Source: Phyllobates terribilis
Taxonomy: Eukaryota
Assembly (NCBI RefSeq): GCF_046119375.1
Contig: NW_027362771.1
Span: forward strand, 371,132,001 to 371,196,000
Length of the DNA: 64,000 bases
Reading direction: 5' to 3'
The notes under the pieces: generated by a model
Seen by the model: the letters and a program-made list of their open reading frames with translations, nothing else
Told to the model about the DNA's origin: nothing
The model's database searches: none
Made by a program: the position numbers and the translations under genes
Shown: positions 11,860 to 24,255 of the stretch, one piece after another
How the letters are laid out: every line of letters starts with the position of its first letter
Numbering within the stretch: position 1 is the first letter of the stretch

Positions 11860-14700
11860 TAATCCCTGAGCTCCAACACCGCCAGTTGGCGCTCGGAAGT
11901 GCTGTCTGCACAGTCAACACTTGCTACCATGTTATTGGGGTTCAGTAACGTCAGCTGTTCTCCTGCTGTGCGGACGGCAATTTCTCCTGCTTTGTCCAAA
12001 TCCACTGTACTACACATTTTAAAGTTGCTCGAATTACACCTCTGGCTCCTCTGTTTTCATTCTTATCCCTGGGCTCCAGCACCGCCAGTTGGCGCTCGGA
12101 AGTGCCGTCTGCACAGTCAACACTTGCTGCCGTGTTATTGGGGTTCAGTAACGTCAGCTGTTCCCCTGCTGTGCGGACGGCAATTTCTCCTGCTCTGTCC
12201 ACATTCTCACTACTACAGATTTTAAAGTTGCTCCAATTACACCTCTGGCTCCTCTGTTTTCATTCTTATCCCTGGGCTCCAGCACCGCCAGTTGGCGCTC
12301 GGAAGTGCTGTCTGCACAGTCAACACTTGCTACCATGTTATTGGGGTTCAGTAACGTCAGCTGTTCCCCTGCTGTGCGGACGGCAATTTCTCCTGCTCTG
12401 TCCACATTCTCACTACTACAGATTTTAAAGTTGCTCCAATTACACCTCTGGCTCCTCTGTTTTCATTCTTATCCCTGGGCTCCAGCACCGCCAGTTGGCG
12501 CTCGGAAGTGCCGTCTGCACAGTCAACACTTGCTGCCGTGTTATTGGGGTTCAGTAACGTCAGCTGTTCTCCTGCTGTGCGGACGGCAATTTCTCCTGAT
12601 TTGTCCACATCCACTGTACTACACATTTTAAAGTTGCTCCAATTACTCCTCTGGCTCCTCTGTTTTCATTCTTATCCCTGGGCTCCAGCACCGCCAGTTG
12701 GCGCTCGGAAGTGCTGTCTGCACAGTCAACACTTGCTACCATGTTATTGGGGTTCAGTAACGTCAGCTGTTCCCCTGCTGTGCGGACGGCAATTTCTCCT
12801 GCTCTGTCCACATTCTCACTACTACAGATTTTAAAGTTGCTCCAATTACACCTCTGGCTCCTCTGTTTTCAGTATTATCCCTGAGCTCCAACACCGCCAG
12901 TTGGCGCACGGAAGTGCCGTCTGCACAGTCAACACTTGCTGCCGTGTTATTGGGGTTCAGTAACGTCAGCTGTTCTCCTGCTGTGCGGACGGCAATTTCT
13001 CCTGATTTGTCCACATCCACTGTACTACACATTTTAAAGTTGCTCCAATTACTCCTCTGGCTCCTCTGTTTTCATTCTTATCCCTGGGCTCCAGCACCGC
13101 CAGTTGGCGCTCGGAAGTGCTGTCTGCACAGTCAACACTTGCTACCGTGTTATTGGGGTTCAGTAACGTCAGCTGTTCCCCTGCTGTGCGGACGGCAATT
13201 TCTCCTGCTCTGTCCACATTCTCACTACTACAGATTTTAAAGTTGCTCCAATTACACCTCTGGCTCCTCTGTTTTCAGTATTATCCCTGAGCTCCAACAC
13301 CGCCAGTTGGCGCACGGAAGTGCCGTCTGCACAGTCAACACTTGCTGCCGTGTTATTGGGGTTCAGTAACGTCAGCTGTTCTCCTGCTGTGCGGACGGCA
13401 ATTTCTCCTGCTTTGTCCAAATCCACTGTACTACACATTTTAAAGTTGCTCGAATTACACCTCTGGCTCCTCTGTTTTCATTCTTATCCCTGGGCTCCAG
13501 CACCGCCAGTTGGCGCTCGGAAGTGCCGTCTGCACAGTCAACACTTGCTGCCGTGTTATTGGGGTTCAGTAACGTCAGCTGTTCTCCTGCTGTGCGGACG
13601 GCAATTTCTCCTGCTTTGTCCACATCCACTGTACTACACATTTTAAAGTTGCTCGAATTACACCTCTGGCTCCTCTGTTTTCATTCTTATCCCTGGGCTC
13701 CAGCACCGCCAGTTGGCGCTCGGAAGTGCCGTCTGCACAGTCAACACTTGCTACCATGTTATTGGGGTTCAGTAACGTCAGCTGTTCCCCTGCTGTGTTC
13801 ACGGCAATTTCTCCTGCTCTGTCCATATTCACTGTGCTACTTATTTAAAACTTGCTCCAATTACACCTCTGGCTCCTCCGTTTTTAGTATTTACCCTGGG
13901 CTCCAACACCGCCAGTTGGCGCTCGGAAGTGCTGTCTGCACAGTCAACACTTGCTGCCGTGTTATTGGGGTTCAGTAACGTCAGCTGTTCCCCTGCTGTG
14001 CGGACGGCAATTTCTCCTGCTCTGTCCACATTCTCACTACTACAGATTTTAAAGTTGCTCGAATTACACCTCTGGCTCCTCTGTTTTCATTCTTATCCCT
14101 GGGCTCCAGCACCGCCAGTTGGCGCTCGGAAGTGCTGTCTGCACAGTCAACACTTGCTACCATGTTATTGGGGTTCAGTAACGTCAGCTGTTCCCCTGCT
14201 GTGCGGACGGCAATTTCTCCTGCTCTGTCCACATTCTCACTACTACAGATTTTAAAGTTGCTCCAATTACACCTCTGGCTCCTCTGTTTTCATTCTTATC
14301 CCTGGGCTCCAGCACCGCCAGTTGGCGCTCGGAAGTGCCGTCTGCACAGTCAACACTTGCTGCGGTGTTATTGGGGTTCGGTAACGTCAGCTGTTCCCCT
14401 GCTGTGTTCACGGCAATTTCTCCTGCTCTGTCCATATTCACTGTGCTACTTATTTTAAACTTGCTCCAATTACACCTCTGGCTCCTCCGTTTTTAGTATT
14501 TACCCTGGGCTCCAATACCGCTAGTTGCTGCTCAGAAGTGCCGTCTGCACAGTCAACGCTTGCTCCAGTGTTATTGGGATTCAGTAACGTCAGCTGATCC
14601 CCAGCTGTGTGTCCGGCAAATTCTCCTGCTTTGTCCACATCCACTGTAGTACGGATTTAAAACCTCCTCCAAATACACCTCTGGCTCTTCTGTTTTTAGT
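11860..14700 (+). repeat. 203-bp tandem repeat array, ~14 copies, with local 406-bp dimer structure
   Basis: Period 203 (ORF-track starts 11899, 12102, 12305, 12508). Identical translated units 406 bp apart (12508 and 12914). Confidence 0.92.
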
Positions 14701-16565
14701 ATTTACCCTGGGCTCCAGCACCGCCAGCTGGTTCTCGGCAGTTCCATTGGCTCTTGTACCTTCTGCTACCCATCCGGGTTCCAGTACCGTCAGCTGGTTC
14801 TCGGCAGTGTCTTTGGCACGGGTACTCCCTCCTGCCCAGCCTGGTTCCAGCACGCCAGCTGTTTCCGGGTAGTGTCAACGTCACTTTGCCTCCAATGCGT
14901 TGTCCTGTCGTGTTGCGGTCGGGTTAGCCGACTCTATGGTGCCTGCAGTTTAGGTGACTCCTATGTGGGCTGCGGGATCTGGCAATGAAGGCTGGTTCCA
15001 TAGTGCCAATAGGACAAGCACCCTCTGTAGGACTGTGGGTTTTGGTAACTGCGGCCGGCTCGCGGCCTTGAACTTTTTTTTTACATGGGTACCTTCTGCT
15101 ACCCATCCGGGTTCCAGTACCGTCAGCTGGTTCTCGGCAGTGCCTTTGGATTAGGTGCCTCCTTCTCGGTATCCAAGTTCCACCAACGTCTGCTGGTCCT
15201 TGGTAGTGCTTTCTGGCACAGGTACCTCCTGCTTAGTAACCGAGTTCCAGTAACATCAGCTGGTCCTCGGTAGTTCCATTGGCTCTTGTACCTTCTGCTA
15301 CCCATCCGGGTTCCAGTACCGTCAGCTGGTCCTCGGTAGTTCCATTTGCTCTTGTATCTTCTGCTACCCATCCGGGTTCCAGTACCGTCAGCTGGTCCTC
15401 GGTAGTTCCATTTGCTCTTGTATCTTCTGCTACCCATCCGGGTTCCAGTACCGTCAGCTGGTTCTCGGCAGTGCCTTTGGATTAGGTGCCTCCTTCTCGG
15501 TATCCAAGTTCCACCAACGTCTGCTGGTCCTTGGTAGTGCTTTCTGGCACAGGTACCTCCTGCTTAGTAACCGAGTTCCAGTAACATCAGCTGGTCCTCG
15601 GTAGTTCCATTGGCTCTTGTACCTTCTGCTACCCATCCGGGTTCCAGTACCGTCAGCTGGTCCTCGGTAGTTCCATTTGCTCTTGTATCTTCTGCTACCC
15701 ATCCGGGTTCCAGTACCGTCAGCTGGTTCTCGGCAGTGTCTTTGGCACGGGTACTCCCTCCTGCCCAGCCTGGTTCCAGCACGCCAGCTGTTTCCGGGTA
15801 GTGTCAACGTCACTTTGCCTCCAATGCGTTGTCCTGTCGTGTTGCGGTCGGGTTAGCCGACTCTATGGTGCCTGCAGTTTAGGTGACTCCTATGTGGGCT
15901 GCGGGATCTGGCAATGAAGGCTGGTTCCATAGTGCCAATAGGACAAGCACCCTCTGTAGGACTGTGGGTTTTGGTAACTGCGGCCGGCTCGCGGCCTTGA
16001 ACTTTTTTTTTACATGGGTACCTTCTGCTACCCATCCGGGTTCCAGTACCGTCAGCTGGTTCTCGGCAGTGCCTTTGGATTAGGTGCCTCCTTCTCGGTA
16101 TCCAAGTTCCACCAACGTCTGCTGGTCCTTGGTAGTGCTTTCTGGCACAGGTACCTCCTGCTTAGTAACCGAGTTCCAGTAACATCAGCTGGTCCTCGGT
16201 AGTTCCATTGGCTCTTGTACCTTCTGCTACCCATCCGGGTTCCAGTAACATCAGCTGGTCCTCGGTAGTTCCATTGGCTCTTGTACCTTCTGCTACCCAT
16301 CCGGGTTCCAGTACCGTCAGCTGGTTCTCGGCAGTGCCTTTGGATTAGGTGCCTCCTTCTCGGTATCCAAGTTCCACCAACGTCTGCTGGTCCTTGGTAG
16401 TGCTTTCTGGCACAGGTACCTCCTGCTTAGTAACCGAGTTCCAGTAACATCAGCTGGTCCTCGGTAGTTCCATTGGCTCTTGTACCTTCTGCTATCCATC
16501 CGGGTTCCAGTACCGTCAGCTGGTCCTCGGTAGTTCCTCAGCTTTCTTGTACCTTCTGCTACATT
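14700..16565 (+). repeat. Complex 66-bp and ~160-bp repeats with a 929-bp internal duplication
   Basis: CCCATCCGGGTTCCAGTACC at 15301 and 15367; blocks at 14924/15853 and 15085/16014 are offset by 929 bp. Confidence 0.85.
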
Positions 16566-16614
16566 TCCAAGTTCAAGCTTTTTGAAATGGTTCTTGGTAA
16601 TCACTCTGGATCTC

Positions 16615-17460
16615 CCTGACGAGGACCCTGAAGACGAGGACCCTGAAGACCAACCCTAAGAAGACGAGGACCCCGAAGACAATGACCCTGAAGACGAGGA
16701 CCCTGAAGACCACCCCGAAGAAGACGAGGACCCTGAAGACCACCCCGAAGAAGACGAGGACCCTGAAGACCACCCCGAAGAAGACGAGGACCCCGAAGAC
16801 GAGGACCCAGAAGACCAACCCGAAGAAGACGAGGACCCCGAAGACGAGGACCCCCGAAGACGACGACCCTGAAGACCACCCCGAAGAAGACCAAGAAGAT
16901 GACCCTGAAGAAGTTGACCAAGAAGACAAAGAAGAGAAGACAAGCACCAAGATACAGAAAAACAAGAGACAGAAAACCAAGAAGCAGAAATACAAGAAGC
17001 TGCAGAACAAAAAGCGGAAGAACATTAAGCATAAGACTAAAAATCAGAGCAAAAGATAATATCTAAATTATAAGCAGAAGATGACTAAGCAGTGTATGGG
17101 GGTGAGTCCGTTCCTCCTCGTGGTGCCCCTGGAAAAGACCTGCTGCTGCAGGCCAAACTGAACGCGGACAAATCCTGTTGTAAATCTTTTGTGACGGGCA
17201 GAACGAAAGGTGTAATGTCCAACCTTTTATAGATAACAACTACAGGAATGCCTGTCACAAATAAGAATATGATGAAGAAGAAGAATATGAAGAAGATGAA
17301 GAAGTAGAATATGAAGAATGTAAAAAAAAGAATAATACGAAGAAGGTGAAGAAGAAGAAGGTGAAGAAGAAGTGGATGAAAAAGATGCTGAGGATGATGA
17401 AGGAGAAAGTGTGGGAGAAGTAAAAAAGAAGGTGAAGAGCATGGAAGTAGTGAAACATAA
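16615..17460 (+). repeat. Purine-rich low-complexity repeats (GAAGACGAGGACCC)n and (GAA)n-like
   Basis: Directly visible strand-asymmetric repeats near the 3' end of element A. Confidence 0.8.
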
Positions 17461-19462
17461 ATATCTGACAAAATATAAAAATACTTAACATAGTTAATAT
17501 TTCCGTAACTCAGAACATAATAAAAAAATATTAATTCCTGCTATTCCATTTGACTGGGCTAAACCTCTATGCCTTTATTGTCTCCCCCACCTCCCCCAAT
17601 ACATTCTACATTATTCTTAGTTGTTTTCCTTCATGTAGAAATAACCTACAAGGAAAGAAAGGGTTTATTTTAATTCCGATATTTATGTCCCATTGACTTG
17701 CATTGGTTTCCGGTATCGGAATCGGCGATATCCGATACTTTTTCGGTATCGGTCCGATCCAATCCGATCCGATATTTCCCGATATCGGAAGGTATCGCTC
17801 AACACTAATGCCTGCGCTTCTCAGTGTCTGCGGGATGACAGGCTGGATGGCAGCGTTCTGCTGCGGTCCAGCCTGTCATCTCAATGTAGCAGAGCTGAAG
17901 CTGTCCTGGGAACCATGGAAAGGTAAGGATGAGGTTGCTTTATTATTTTACTTTTATTGCAGGAGATTGTTGGCTTCAGCTGGAATGGGCGTGGTGTTAA
18001 GTATGGTTTAATTTAGAACAATAAAGGATTGTGTGTTTATTTCAATTAAAGGACTTTATTCTGGGTGTTTGTGTTTTCTTTTAACTTTCACTATGGGGTT
18101 AGTAATGGGGGTGTCTTATAGACGCCTCTCCATTACTAACCTGGGCTTGATGTCAGCTGGCATTATAAGCTGACATCAACCCCAGCCCTATTACCCCACT
18201 GCCACCGCTACAGGGCAGTGGGAAGAGCGAGGCTAAGTGCCAGAATTGGCGCATCCTATGGATGCGCCATTTCTGGGGCGGCTGACGGCTGGTGTTTCTA
18301 GCCTGGGAGGGGGCCAATATTCATGGCACCCTTCCTGGGCTATTAATATCAGCCCCCAGCTGTCTGCCTAGCCTTTGCTAGCTATTAAAATAGGGGGGAC
18401 CCCACGTCATTTTTTTGGGGGGGTCCCCCATTTTAATAGCTAGTAAAGGCTAGGTATTCCGCTGGGGGCTGATATTAGTAGCCTGGGAAGCTCCGTGGGT
18501 ATTACCCCCTTCCCAGGCTTCAAACATCTGCCCCAGCCGTCTGCTTAACCTCCGCTAGAGCCTAAAATTACGGGGAACCCCACGCCAATTTTTTTTTAAA
18601 TAAATCCTTTATTTTAACACTAAATGACAAGTACAGTAATCAACACTATCACTGTACTTCTTATATATGTGACTGACATGTTTCTATCTATCTAATCTAT
18701 GTGTGATGCTCTATTCCTTCTATTCTAAATTGTCGGGTACAGATGCTGAAATGCCGGCCGGCTTTTTTAAAGAGACAGTGCATGAAAACACTAATATTTT
18801 TTTTAATAAATCCTTTACACTAAATGACAAGTACAGTAAGCAACACTGTCACTGTACTTCATATATATGTGACTGACATGTTTCTATCTATCTAATCTTT
18901 GTGTGATTCTCTATTCTTTCTATTCCAAATTGTCGGGTACAGATGCTGAATTGCCGGCCGGCTTTTTTAAAGAGACGGTGCATGAAAACACTATTATTTT
19001 TTTTTATAAATCCTTTACACTAAATGACAAGTACAGTAAGCAACACTGTCCCTGTACTTCATATATATGTGACTGACATGTTGCTATCTAACTAATCTAT
19101 GTGTGAAGCTCTATTCTTTCGGTTCTAAATTGTCGGGTACCGGTGTATGCCGCTGATGAATTGCCGGCTTTTCATGTTTCACTGTTGGCACTGTTCCCAT
19201 CGATTTGGGCAATCACTGTAATGCCACAACCACCATGGCTGTGGCATTACAGTGAGTGGCAGACAATCCCTGCATGATTGGTGCTCTAAATAGCGCCAGA
19301 CATGCAGGACACGCTTTTGGTGCACGAACAGTTATCGAACATAACCTCGAACAGCCGAATTTTTTGCAAATCGTTCGGGTTCGCCGAACAATTCGAACAC
19401 CGCCCAAAACAGCTCGAATTTGAGATTGGCGAACAGTTCTAGTCGAACACCGCTCATCTCTA

Positions 19463-20835
19463 TTCAGTATCTTCACCGACTGTACTAAGGGAGGCCCATA
19501 AGGCGGTGATGAGGGGATATTGTATCAGGGAAGGGGCCAGATTAAAAAAAAATACCCAAATTCAAAAGTCTAAACTAACCTCTCAACTTAAATCTCTAGA
19601 AAATAAACTGTCCTCCTCCTCGAATATTAGTATCCTGAGAAAGGTGATTGCAATAAGAGACAAACTGAAGGACCTGGCCATATGTAAGATGGAAAAACTA
19701 CTCCTCTACTCCAAACAGAGGTATTATGAGAAGGGAAACAAGGCTCACACTATATTAGCCAGAGAGCTCAAAGATAGACTTACAAACTCAAACCCCCAGG
19801 TACTTAGAGACAGAGAGGGCACTATACGATACGACCCAGTGGATGTTTTTAAAATCTTTCAGGAGTTCTATCAGAGACTCTATAACCTCCAGGAAACACT
19901 GCCACTGGATCCTTCTCGTAGGGTGACATTACTTAGCAATTATCTGTCCGCGCTTAATCTACCAGTGCTCCCCCCAGAGGCGGTGGAAGCTCTTAACGCC
20001 CCAATCTCAGCTGAGGAATTGTGTGATAACATAAAAGAACTTCCACTGGGCAAGGCCCCAGGCCCTGATGGGTGGACATATCTATACTACAAGACCTACA
20101 TAGATGAGCTGTCTCCTCATATGATTAATCTGTTTAATTCTTTCATGGGGGGCTCACCGATTCCAGAAACTCTCTCCCTCTCTCATCTAATCCTCATTCC
20201 CAAGCCAGGGAAGGACACATTAGATTGTGATAATTATAGGCCCATTGCTCTATTAAATTCAGATTTGAAAATATTTACCAAAATACTAGCAAATAGGCTT
20301 AACCAGTGGCTTCCACAAATAATAGATAAGGATCAAGTAGGATTTATCCCATTTCGCCAAGAAGGAGATAACACCAGGAAAGTTGTGGACCTCATAGATG
20401 TGGTTAATACCAATAAGACCGAGGCCCTTTTCCTTAGTTTAGATGCAGAGAAGGCCTTTGATCGCCTCAGTAGGTCCTTTCTATTTGAAACAATGAGGGC
20501 GTACGGAGTGTCTGGGTCTTTTATGATGGCATTGAGGGCTCTTTATAGAACCCCTTCAGCATCTATTAAAACCCCCCTTCATATCTCCCCTAAATTTAAA
20601 ATTTCAAATGGAACAAGACAGGGGTGCCCTTTATCTCCCCTCCTCTTCGCCATGTGCATAGAGCAGTTGGCGGCGGCGATTCGCCAAAATTCTAGTATCG
20701 CTGGTGTGGAGATTAAGGGGAAAATTTTCAAGATATCACTGTTCGCGGATGACGTCCTAATGACCCTAACCTCTCCTCACATATCACTTCCAAACCTTAT
20801 GGACACACTAAAGGAATATGGGCTTATGTCAGGAT
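19463..20835 (+). pseudogene. L1 ORF2 middle segment (reverse transcriptase)
   Basis: KAPGPDG, YRPIALLNSDLKIFTKILANRL, SLDAEKAFD, GTRQGCPLSPLLF, SLFADD; open frame until the element B insertion. Confidence 0.93.
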
Positions 20836-21331
20836 TAGTGTTGAGCCACCCCCGTAGTGTTCGAGTTCGGTTCGGTTCGTCGAACACCCGTGTGTTCGCC
20901 GAACTGTTCGTCGAACTGTTCGTCGAACACCTTCGAACACCGTTAAAACCAATGGCAGGCAAACAAAAACACATAGAAACACATAGAAAACACATCCAAA
21001 AGCTGACAAACTGCTCAGAAGACATAACTAACACATGGAAAAGTGACAAGTACATATAGTCATGCGAAAATAAAAGAGGTGGAGGAGTAAAAGGAGGGGG
21101 AGACACAGATATAGGCATGTCATGCCCTTCTAAAATCCAAAAAGTGAGAAGCCGACACGGCCAGTCCGCTCCTGCCCGTGCCACCTCCGTGTCGCCGGGT
21201 TTGTGCCAGAGCCGCGGTGAACCCTGACGGCCAGCCCCCCTCTCCCAATACTGGTGCCTGTCCGCTGGTGGGTCGAGCGAGCCCCCCTGTGGTGGAGGCA
21301 GCTCTAAGCTTTTTAATTTAAATTGTCTCTC

Positions 21332-21600
21332 TAATTTGAATGAATACACTTTAAATCCATTTACAAGGATCTATTGGAGGGCAAGTCTCATGCCAGCAGC
21401 CGCGGTAATTCCAGCTCCAGTAGCGTCCACTAAAGCTGCTGCAGTTAAAAAGCTTTTATAAGGATCGAGCTCGGCTGTCCACCGCAAGGCATCCTACTGC
21501 CAGTCCCAGCCCCTATGCCTTGGGGTGCCTCCTGATGCTCTTCACTAAGTATCCCATGGTCCCGAAGCATTTCCTTTGAAAAAATTAAGTGTCTAAACTA
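21332..21600 (+). rRNA. Degenerate 18S rRNA fragment (non-functional) inside element B
   Basis: ATTGGAGGGCAAGTCT-CA-TGCCAGCAGCCGCGGTAATTCCAGCTCCA…TGCAGTTAAAAAGCT…CCCGAAGCATTTCCTTTGAAAAAATT matches eukaryotic 18S around the universal GCCAGCAGCCGCGGTAA motif and into V4, with many substitutions. Confidence 0.88.
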
Positions 21601-21868
21601 CAGGTGGTGCAGCTTGCTTAACAGCCGGGATAATCCGCTCACTAGCAGACACTGCTACTAGGCACAAAGTATTTCCTGGGCTAGATGCAGTTAAAAATTT
21701 GTAATTAGATACTCTCGTTGGATGCTGAGAAAGCATTCCATAGAGTCTCCTGGCACGCCATATATGATTCTCTTAAAAAGCTTGGGGTAGGGGTCTAGGG
21801 GACCCTTTTATAGCCAAAATCACGGCCCTGTATCGCAATACGTCACCTAGGCTGAAGATAAATGGAAC

Positions 21869-22470
21869 TGTAGCACCCTGAGGGCTCGGTTGCTACAGAC
21901 GTATTGCACCTCACCCAGAGGTGTGATATCTCACTCTCAGGTAAGGATGGAGTGTGGATCAGGACCCGACACCTGCATGCATTACACCACATTGCCGTGG
22001 GGCAGGGCGACCAATATGCCCCTGAGATGGGCACGACAGTCCCTGTCCCTGGCTGGAGTGGGGGGAGGGAACACTGAGGAAGGGGAACCCTGTAGTGCAG
22101 GAGCAGGGAGGAAGCAGTTCCTGGGTGCATTGAGAAGGGAGTATAAAAGGTGGGCACCATCTTAGTTCAGTGCAGAGAAGTCTGAGCAGAAGTGGCAGGG
22201 AGCAGGGGCTCTGCATGAGCTCTGCTCCGGAGGCGGGCCTAGTAACAGAGGCCCAGGCTTGGAAGAGGGAGAAGGAAGGAAGAGGAGCGGAGAAGGCTCA
22301 CCAGCAATCACCAGCATCCACCAAAAAGGGTCCGGCTCCGGGTGTCCCAAGGCCCAGGGGGTGCGTCAGAACATTTTCATCACCTTTCACAATCACCAAT
22401 GGGACAAGGCAGTGATGTCCTCTGTCCCCTCTCTTATACATCCTAGTGACGGAGCACCTGCTCTCATCAA
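21869..22470 (+). mobile_element. Probable LTR fragment
   Basis: Starts TGTAGCA…TGCTACA; TATAAAAG at ~22142; no matching end or TSD found. Confidence 0.4.
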
Positions 22471-22479
22471 TTGGCCATA

Positions 22480-22815
22480 ACCCCAATATTAGGTGGATTG
22501 ATGTGGGAGGCACCGAGTACAAGTGCTCTCTATTTGCTGATGATGTCCTAGTATATATCACTCAATCACATATATCCATCCATGCTGTTATGGCTGAAAT
22601 AGATCACTTTGTTACATGGTAAAATTTTAAAATCAATGCAGCGAAGTCTGAGGCCCTCGATGTCTCCCTCCCCAAATCCATATAGGATTCCATCCAGTCC
22701 AACTTTCCCTTTGCCTGGCCCTCACAGGGTATCAAATACTTAGGAATTCCTATTCATAGAGACCTCTCCCATCTATGTTATCTTAATTTTGGGCCCTTTA
22801 TTGAACAACTCCATA
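22480..22815 (+). pseudogene. Separate degenerate L1 RT fragment
   Basis: Translates as YKCSLFADDVLVYIT…KINAAKSEAL…GIKYLGI with stops; differs from the host L1 copy. Confidence 0.75.
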
Positions 22816-22890
22816 CAGACCACGGTTGGCAAGTTAGAACTGTAAGATTCACTACGTGAACCACTGGTGTTTTGTGGAAAAGCACATGTA

Positions 22891-24255
22891 CACTGCGTTC
22901 CAAATTATTATACAAAAAGTGTTTAGGAGTGATAAGGGAAGAATTTGTTTGTTTGTCAGTTAAACTCATTGATGGTGATGTGTGTCAGGGCTCTTTATAT
23001 CACTGTAAGCAATTGCAGACACCTGTGCTAATTAGTTTGGCAGGTGTGTCCAATGAAAGGCAAGACTACTTAAGAAGGCTCTCTCACATTATTAAGCAGC
23101 CTACATTTTCTGCCAAAATGGGAAAGAAAAAGGATGTGTCGGCTGCTGAGAAGCAACAAATTGTGGAGTGTTTAGGTCAAGGCATGACTACAATCAACAT
23201 TGTGCGATGATCAGGATGAAGTGTCTTGGCAATCAAGAAGTATGTAGCTGATTCACAGTACACACGTGTGCGTGCTGATAAGGGCAAATTGAGGACTCTT
23301 TCTTACAGGCAATTACGTCAGGTTGAAAGAGCAGCGGCAAAAAAGCCTTGTCATAGCAGCAGACAAGTTTTTGAAGCTGCTTGTGCCTCCAACGTCCCCC
23401 GAACAACAAGATGCAGGGTCCTTCAGAGGTTTGCAGCTGTGCATGCGCCATCCTGTCGACCTCCTCTATCCACTTCACACAAGCAGAAACGGCTCCAGTG
23501 GGCCAAACATTACATGAAGACTGATTTCAAAACTGTTTTGTTCACGGATGAGTGCCGTGCAGCGCTCGATGGTCCAGATGGATGGAGTGGAGGATGGCTG
23601 GTTGATGGACACCCCACGCAAACACGGCTACAGCGCCAACAAGGAGGAGGTGGAGTAATGTTTTGGGCTGGAATCATAGGGAGAGAGATTGTCGGCCCCT
23701 TTAGGATCCCTGAAGGCGCTAAAGATGAACTCCATAATGTATGTGGATTTTCTCAAACAGCACTTCCTGCCATGGTTCAAGAAGAAGAACCGTGTATTTC
23801 ACAGCAAGATCATTTTTCTGCATGATAATGCACCATCTCATGCTGCACATAAAACATCTGCATCTCTGGCTGATATGGGCATAAAAGGGGACAAACTTAT
23901 GGTGTGACCCCCATGCTCCCCTGACCTCTACCCCATTCAGAACCTTTGGAGCATCATTAAAAGGTGTGTCTATGATGGCGGGAGGCAGTTCACATCTAAG
24001 CAACAGCTCTGGGAGGGTATTCTGTCCTCATGCAAAACAATTGAAGCAGAAACCATCCAAAACCTGACAAATTCAATGGACGAGAGAGTTCAGAAGATCC
24101 TTTCGAACAAGGGGTCCTATGTGAAAATGTAACATCACCTAGAATAAAGTTTTGAGTTGAAAACTGTTTGATTTCAGTTTCTAACAACCTGCTAATGCTT
24201 ATAATTTCAAAAATGACCATTTTTTTGGTCTTTATTAAAATGAAAAGGTTGATCG
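22891..24255 (+). mobile_element. Tc1-like DD37E (TRT-type) transposon, degenerate, right end missing
   Basis: TA|CACTGCGTTCCAAATTATT left end. Transposase 23118-24130 (MGKKKDVS…, LFTDEC, HDNAPSH…PPCSPDLYPIQNLW) has 37 residues between the second D and the E position (E>Q). Confidence 0.82.

Larger units (their letters stand above)
6597..17807 (+). mobile_element. hAT element A (11.2 kb, transposase-bearing), nested in element C
   Basis: Perfect 11-bp TIR TAGTGTTGAGC/GCTCAACACTA. 8-bp TSD ATGCCTGC at 6589-6596 and 17808-17815. CCGATAC/GTATCGG subterminal repeats at both ends. Confidence 0.95.
2310..19462. mobile_element. hAT element C: non-autonomous foldback-type element, ~5.9 kb excluding nested element A
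   Basis: Ends TAGTGTTGAGC (2310) and GCTCATCTCTA (19462). Perfect 8-bp TSD TTCAGTAT at 2302-2309 and 19463-19470. ~200 bp of the left end and ~150 bp of the right end match element B. Confidence 0.92.

Noticed and set aside
11899-16604. Many repeated 60-150 aa ORFs on both strands
   Set aside because: They are translations of the 203-bp and 66-bp tandem repeats; the period is not a multiple of 3 for the main unit and there are no protein motifs.
16573-17491. Lys/Thr-rich and Phe/Val-rich ORFs resembling histone H1-like or membrane proteins
   Set aside because: Produced by simple purine-rich repeats that are open in several frames; no start context or domain.
21332-21600. Functional 18S rRNA gene or rDNA unit
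   Set aside because: Only ~270 bp, with substitutions in conserved positions and no ITS, 5.8S or 28S nearby.
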